Below, in pieces: positions 59,190-64,000 of a stretch of DNA of 64,000 nt. The notes beneath the pieces were generated by a model, which saw nothing but the letters and a program-made list of their open reading frames with translations, was not told the origin of the DNA and searched no databases. The DNA is from Macrostomum lignano (Eukaryota): NCBI GenBank assembly GCA_002269645.1, contig NIVC01001215.1, positions 148,022-212,021 of the forward strand. The letters are read 5' to 3'. The position numbers and the translations under genes were made by a program. Numbering within the stretch: position 1 is the stretch's first letter; the number at the start of each line of letters is the position of its first letter.

Positions 59190-60200
59190 CGCCAATGTAC
59201 ACTCGGTTCTGCAACCCCCAACCCCCACACCCGCCAATGTACACTCGGCTCTGCAACCCCAACCCCCACAACCGCCAGTGTACACTCGGCTCTGCAACCC
59301 CTAACCCCCTACACCCGCCAATGTACACTCAGCTCTGCAACCCCAACCCCCACAACCGCCAGTGTACACTCGGCTCTGCAACCTCCAACCCCCACAACCG
59401 CCAGTGTACACTCGGCTCTGCAACCCCTAACCCCCTACACCCGCCAATGTACACTCAGCTCTGCAACCCCCAACCCCCACAACCGCCAGTGTACACTCGG
59501 CTCTGCAACCTCCAACCCCCACAACCGCCAGTGTACACTCGGCTCTGCAACCTCCAACCCCCACAACCGCCAGTGTACACTCGGCTCTGCAACCCCCAAC
59601 CCCCACAACCGCCAGTGTACACTCGGCTCTGCAACCTCCAACCCCCACAACCGCCAGTGTACACTCGGCTCTGCAACCCCCAACCCCCACACCCACCAAT
59701 GTACACTCGGCTCTGCAACCCCCAACCCCCACAACCGCCAGTGTACACTCGGCTCTGCAACCCCTAACCCCCTACACCCGCCAATGTACACTCAGTCTGC
59801 AACCCCCAACCCCCACAACCGCCAGTGTACACTCGGCTCTGCAACCCCCAACCCCCACAACCGCCAGTGTACACTCAGCTCTGCAACCCCCAACCCCCAC
59901 AACCGCCAGTGTACACTCAGCTCTGCAACCCCCAACCCCCACAACCGCCAGTGTACACTCGGCTCTGCAACTTCTAACCCCCACACCCGCCAATGTACAC
60001 CCGGCTCTGCAACTCCCAACCCCCAAATCTGCCAATGTACACTCGGCTCTGCAACCCCCAACCCCCACACCCGCGAATGTACACTCAGCTCTACAGCCCC
60101 AACCCCACCCCACCAATGTACACCCAGCTCTACAGCCCCATCAATGCTCATTCAGCTCTGCAGCACCCAATGTGCAATGTACAATGTCCTGCCCAAGGTA
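59190..60200. repeat. ~42-bp minisatellite
   Basis: CTCTGCAACCCCCAACCCCCACAACCGCCAGTGTACACTCGG variants. Confidence 0.93.
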
Positions 60201-61094
60201 AACTCGGCTCTGCCCTTATAATAGCTTCACCCCTTATAATAGCTTACACAGCCTGCTGTTCCCACCCCCACCGATGTACAATTGACTGTACAACTCTCCC
60301 TCATGCAAATGCGCATAATGCGAGCAATGTCCGCACCGGGAACGAAGCGCATTCAGCCTCATCCATTAATTAACTGCGTTCGCAGCTTCCCGCTTGTCCT
60401 TCCCAGGTGAGGCCTCCCCTTGATTGCTTTCGACTCAAAGCCCGCTCAGGCTCTTCTGTTTTCAGTCACCAGCAACTCTGGCTGGGCCCCTGCCCAGATT
60501 GTACTTGTTTGAGCGATTTAGTTATGACTGCACAGAAGTACTTTTAGTTGAATAATTTTTTACCTGTTTGCACACCATGATGAAACTCTGTACAAATGCG
60601 TTTTGCCTGCTGCAGTCTGTAAGTACGAGTTGCAGTGTATGCCGTTAGCTCCATTGCCCACCGCTTACAAGGTTTGCCTGCTATGACAGACCGTCACTGC
60701 GGTGTGCGGATTTATATAACTGTTCTTCAGTTTGCTTTCCTCCGTTCCTTTTTTTGCAGTTCCTTCCCCTGACCGCCCCTGGCTGACTAGCTCTAATACA
60801 GCAGGCGAACCCTTCAGCACAGCGATTCCCCATGCTGTTTCAAAGCAAACCGCTTCTAGCCGCTGCGGCTCTGTTCTGTTTGTTATCATATTTTTTGCCT
60901 GAGATGCAAGGACAACTTAAATAACTCAGCGACTGGAAACATGGTTGAAACATAGCTAGGAATTTCCGGCATTATCGATGTCTATGGCCATACATTATTG
61001 TTGTACATGTACATGTTTAAGCAATAACGGCTTTGACAATACCATAGGCACAAGGATATAAACACAGTCTTAGGCACAAGGTCTTAGACACAAA

Positions 61095-61990
61095 GCCCAT
61101 TGTACAAAGCCATAGACACAAGGCCCATAGACACAAGGCCCTTAGTCATCACAAGGCCCATAGACACAAGGCCCTTAGTCATCACAAGGCCCATAGACAC
61201 AAGGCCTTTTAGTCATCACAAGGCCCATAGACACAAGGCCCTTAGTCATCACAAGGCCCTTAGTCATCACAAGGCCCTTAGTCATCACAAGGCCCATAGA
61301 CACAAGGCCCTTAGTCATCACAAGGCCCATAGACACAAGGCCCTTAGTCATCACAAGGCCCATAGACACAAGGCCCTTAGTCATCACAAGGCCCATAGAC
61401 ACAAGGCCCTTAGTCATCACAAGGCCCATAGACACAAGGCCCTTAGTCATCACAAGGCCCATAGACACAAGGCCCTTAGTCATCACAAGGCCCATAGACA
61501 CAAGGCCTTTAGTCATCACAAGGCCCATAGACACAAGGCCCTTAGTCATCACAAGGCCCATAGACACAAGGCCCATAGACACAAGGCCCATAGACACAAG
61601 GCCCATAGACACAAGGCCCTTAGTCATCACAAGGCCCTTAGTCATCACAAGGCCCATAGGCACAAGGCCCTTAGTCATCACAAGGCCCATAGACACAAGG
61701 CCCTTAGTCATCACAAGGCCCATAGACACAAGGCCCTTAGTCATCACAAGGCCCATAGACACAAGGCCTTTAGTCATCACAAGGCCCATAGACACAAGGC
61801 CCTTAGTCATCACAAGGCCCATAGACACAAGGCCCTTAGTCATCACAAGGCCCATAGACACAAGGCCCTTAGTCATCACAAGGCCCATAGACACAAGGCC
61901 CTTAGTCATCACAAGGCCCATAGACACAAGGCCCTTAGTCATCACAAGGCCCATAGACACAAGGCCCTTAGTCATCACAAGGCCCATAAA
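61095..61990. repeat. 33-bp minisatellite made of 15- and 18-bp subunits
   Basis: CACAAGGCCCATAGA and CACAAGGCCCTTAGTCAT subunits in mixed order. Confidence 0.95.
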
Positions 61991-62944
61991 CACAATGTCA
62001 TAGGTGTGCTTACAAATCGTGCTTAAATTGCACCAGGCACGTATTAGTCCTGTAGTTGAGGTGTTTGGGCTTAAAAAAATAATGTATGATGCAATTATGC
62101 TCAAAGCTCATGCAAAGAGGATCATCCATGCTGTTCATTCAGCAATGCATAGCGGGTGCTACGCTTGATAAGGGATTACATAAGATGGAGTAGAATTCCT
62201 TGCAGCAAGAGTTACATGTAGAAAGTGGAGTTGAGCCAGACTATTGGGTAGAATACCTGAGAGTACATACAACCTTAGACTGAAGCTGTGCTGCATCATA
62301 CTGTGTTTATTGAAACAGTGAACTGTCGCCTAAAAGCCGCTAGCTCGCATTTACATGGCAAATAGTGCAGACAAAAGCAGGCCACCCGAGCAGCAGTTAT
62401 TTGCACTTTTCTTGTGCATCTGAGGCTCCAATCAGATGCAGATGAAGAAGCCATGTTAGACCAGCCTCCTTGCCTCATCTTTTCATTTTGCAGTCCAATT
62501 TCATAGTTGGCGGAGCTGCACTTGGCCGCGCAGTGATGAATATTTCACACTGGGCCCCCCCCACAGCCTTTGTGCCGCTCCGTTGCTTTTCCAAGCAGCG
62601 GAGTCCGCTCGCAGCCCGCTCAAACAAAATTGATGAGGCAAGGATGGCCGGCCGGCTTGGGAGCTACCGGCGGCGGCTGAGGACGAACTGCGCAACTTTT
62701 CAACTGCCGCGTATATCGGATTCCCCAGAAACAGCGGAAAGTCTGTTCGGCTGCTATTCAGGGGCTGGCTATTGCCACACTGAGAGATCCCCAAGGGCGC
62801 TGGTGGAGCCATCGCAGCAGCCGATTGCCCGGCCAGAGCTGCCGCAGTTGACTCTGATTTTTTACGATTCCACGATGCCCCACCATAAAACTGCGAGTTG
62901 GTGCGCGGGAATCTGCGTTTATTGGCCCCCACTGTCTGACTACG

Positions 62945-63245
62945 TCTCCATCTCTCTGACCCTCCCTTCATCTCCAGTCTCTCTCCGACCACCCTTCATC
63001 TCCAGTCTCTCTCTGACCCTCCCTTCATCTCCAGTCTCTCTCTGACCCTCCCTTCATCTCCAGTCTGTCTCTGACCCTCCATTCATCTCCAGTCTCTCTC
63101 TGACCCTCCCTTCATCTCCAGTCTGTCTCTGACCCTCCATTCATCTCCAGTCTCTCTCTGACCCTCCCTTCATCTCCTGTCCCTCTCTGACCCTCCATTC
63201 ATCTCCAGTCTCTCTCTGACCCTCAATTCATCTCCAGTCTCTCTC
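62945..63245. repeat. ~30-bp pyrimidine-rich minisatellite
   Basis: CTCTCTGACCCTCCCTTCATCTCCAGTCT units. Confidence 0.9.
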
Positions 63246-64000
63246 TAACCCAATCCCTTCGAGTCTCTGACTCGTTCCATTGATCTAAAATCTCTGACTC
63301 TTTCCTCTTATCTCTAGCCTCTCTCTGACTCTCTCTTATCATCTCAAATTTCTGTCTGACTATTGTCCTTTGTCTCGCATCTTTCTGACTTTTTCCCTTC
63401 ATCTTCATCTCTCTTTACTCTCTACCTGCACTCTAGTCTGTGTCTCTCTGGTTTTCTATTTATTTGATTTCTTGTTTCCACTCAGTTGTTTGTCTTCCCT
63501 CTGGCCCAGCCGCGCTTCCTGCTTTCCTTGGTCTTCTAAAAGAGAGCGGAGGAGCTGACCCATAAAAATCCGTCAGTTGAGTCCCGAGCCGCCAGCAAGT
63601 CGAAGATTTCAAAAAATGACAAGCAGAAAATCTGCCTCTTGGTCTCGAGCGCGTGGAAGCGAAGGGGACGCGGCCGCTTCCGCGTCACATTTTGCTAAAT
63701 CCGCCCCCCCAAACCCCTAAGGGACTTCGCGCCTGGCGTGGCGCCGCCCCCCCCCCCCCCCCTATTGGCCGAGGGGATTCCCAGATCCTCGGCTGCCCGC
63801 CCAGACAGACAGGCGGATAAATTTCTGCGCCCTGCTGCGGAACTCGCTGTGTTCCCCGTCTGAGCCGCCGCCGCCTGCCCCGCCTCCTCTGCTGCATCCG
63901 GAAAGTTCAGCGGGTAAGTTCAACGGGCGCCGCATCCGGGCCTCTCCTTGATTATAGCTACTATAGTACATGCATTGTCTTCCTCGATCAACACCTGTAG

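Noticed and set aside
22292-62104. Long ORFs over minisatellites (e.g. 22292-23108, 24553-25315, 54471-54887, 55206-56432, 59133-60221, 61100-62104)
   Set aside because: They are translations of stop-free tandem repeats, open in several frames; most lie in introns of the reconstructed genes.

Overview
Eukaryotic (metazoan) genomic DNA with GC-rich exons, AT-rich intergenic tracts and introns packed with minisatellites; the style suggests a Macrostomum-like flatworm (inference only). Four spliced host genes could be rebuilt by hand with phase-consistent GT-AG introns: a RalGDS/RGL-like RasGEF (-, runs off the left end), a ZC3H18-like protein (-, apparent frameshift), a 1024-aa fusion of a PLP cysteine-desulfurase-like domain with a TtcA-type tRNA thiolase and a C-terminal hydrophobic anchor (-), and an MTSS1/MIM-like I-BAR protein (+). 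Mobile DNA: a tyrosine-recombinase-like block with tandem paralogous genes (256-6823) hit by a 5'-truncated RTE-like LINE; a decayed Mag-type Ty3/Gypsy element in a RasGEF intron; a 266-bp hAT-like MITE carrying the 28S rDNA R2/I-PpoI target segment; and an intact 14-kb Ty3/Gypsy element with matching 992-bp LTRs, an extra ORF, and a 3.8-kb TIR element nested in its 3' LTR. Best candidate for an uncharacterised system: the desulfurase-TtcA fusion, a possible self-contained sulfur-relay RNA thiolase in an animal. All coordinates were counted by eye and no database searches were run.
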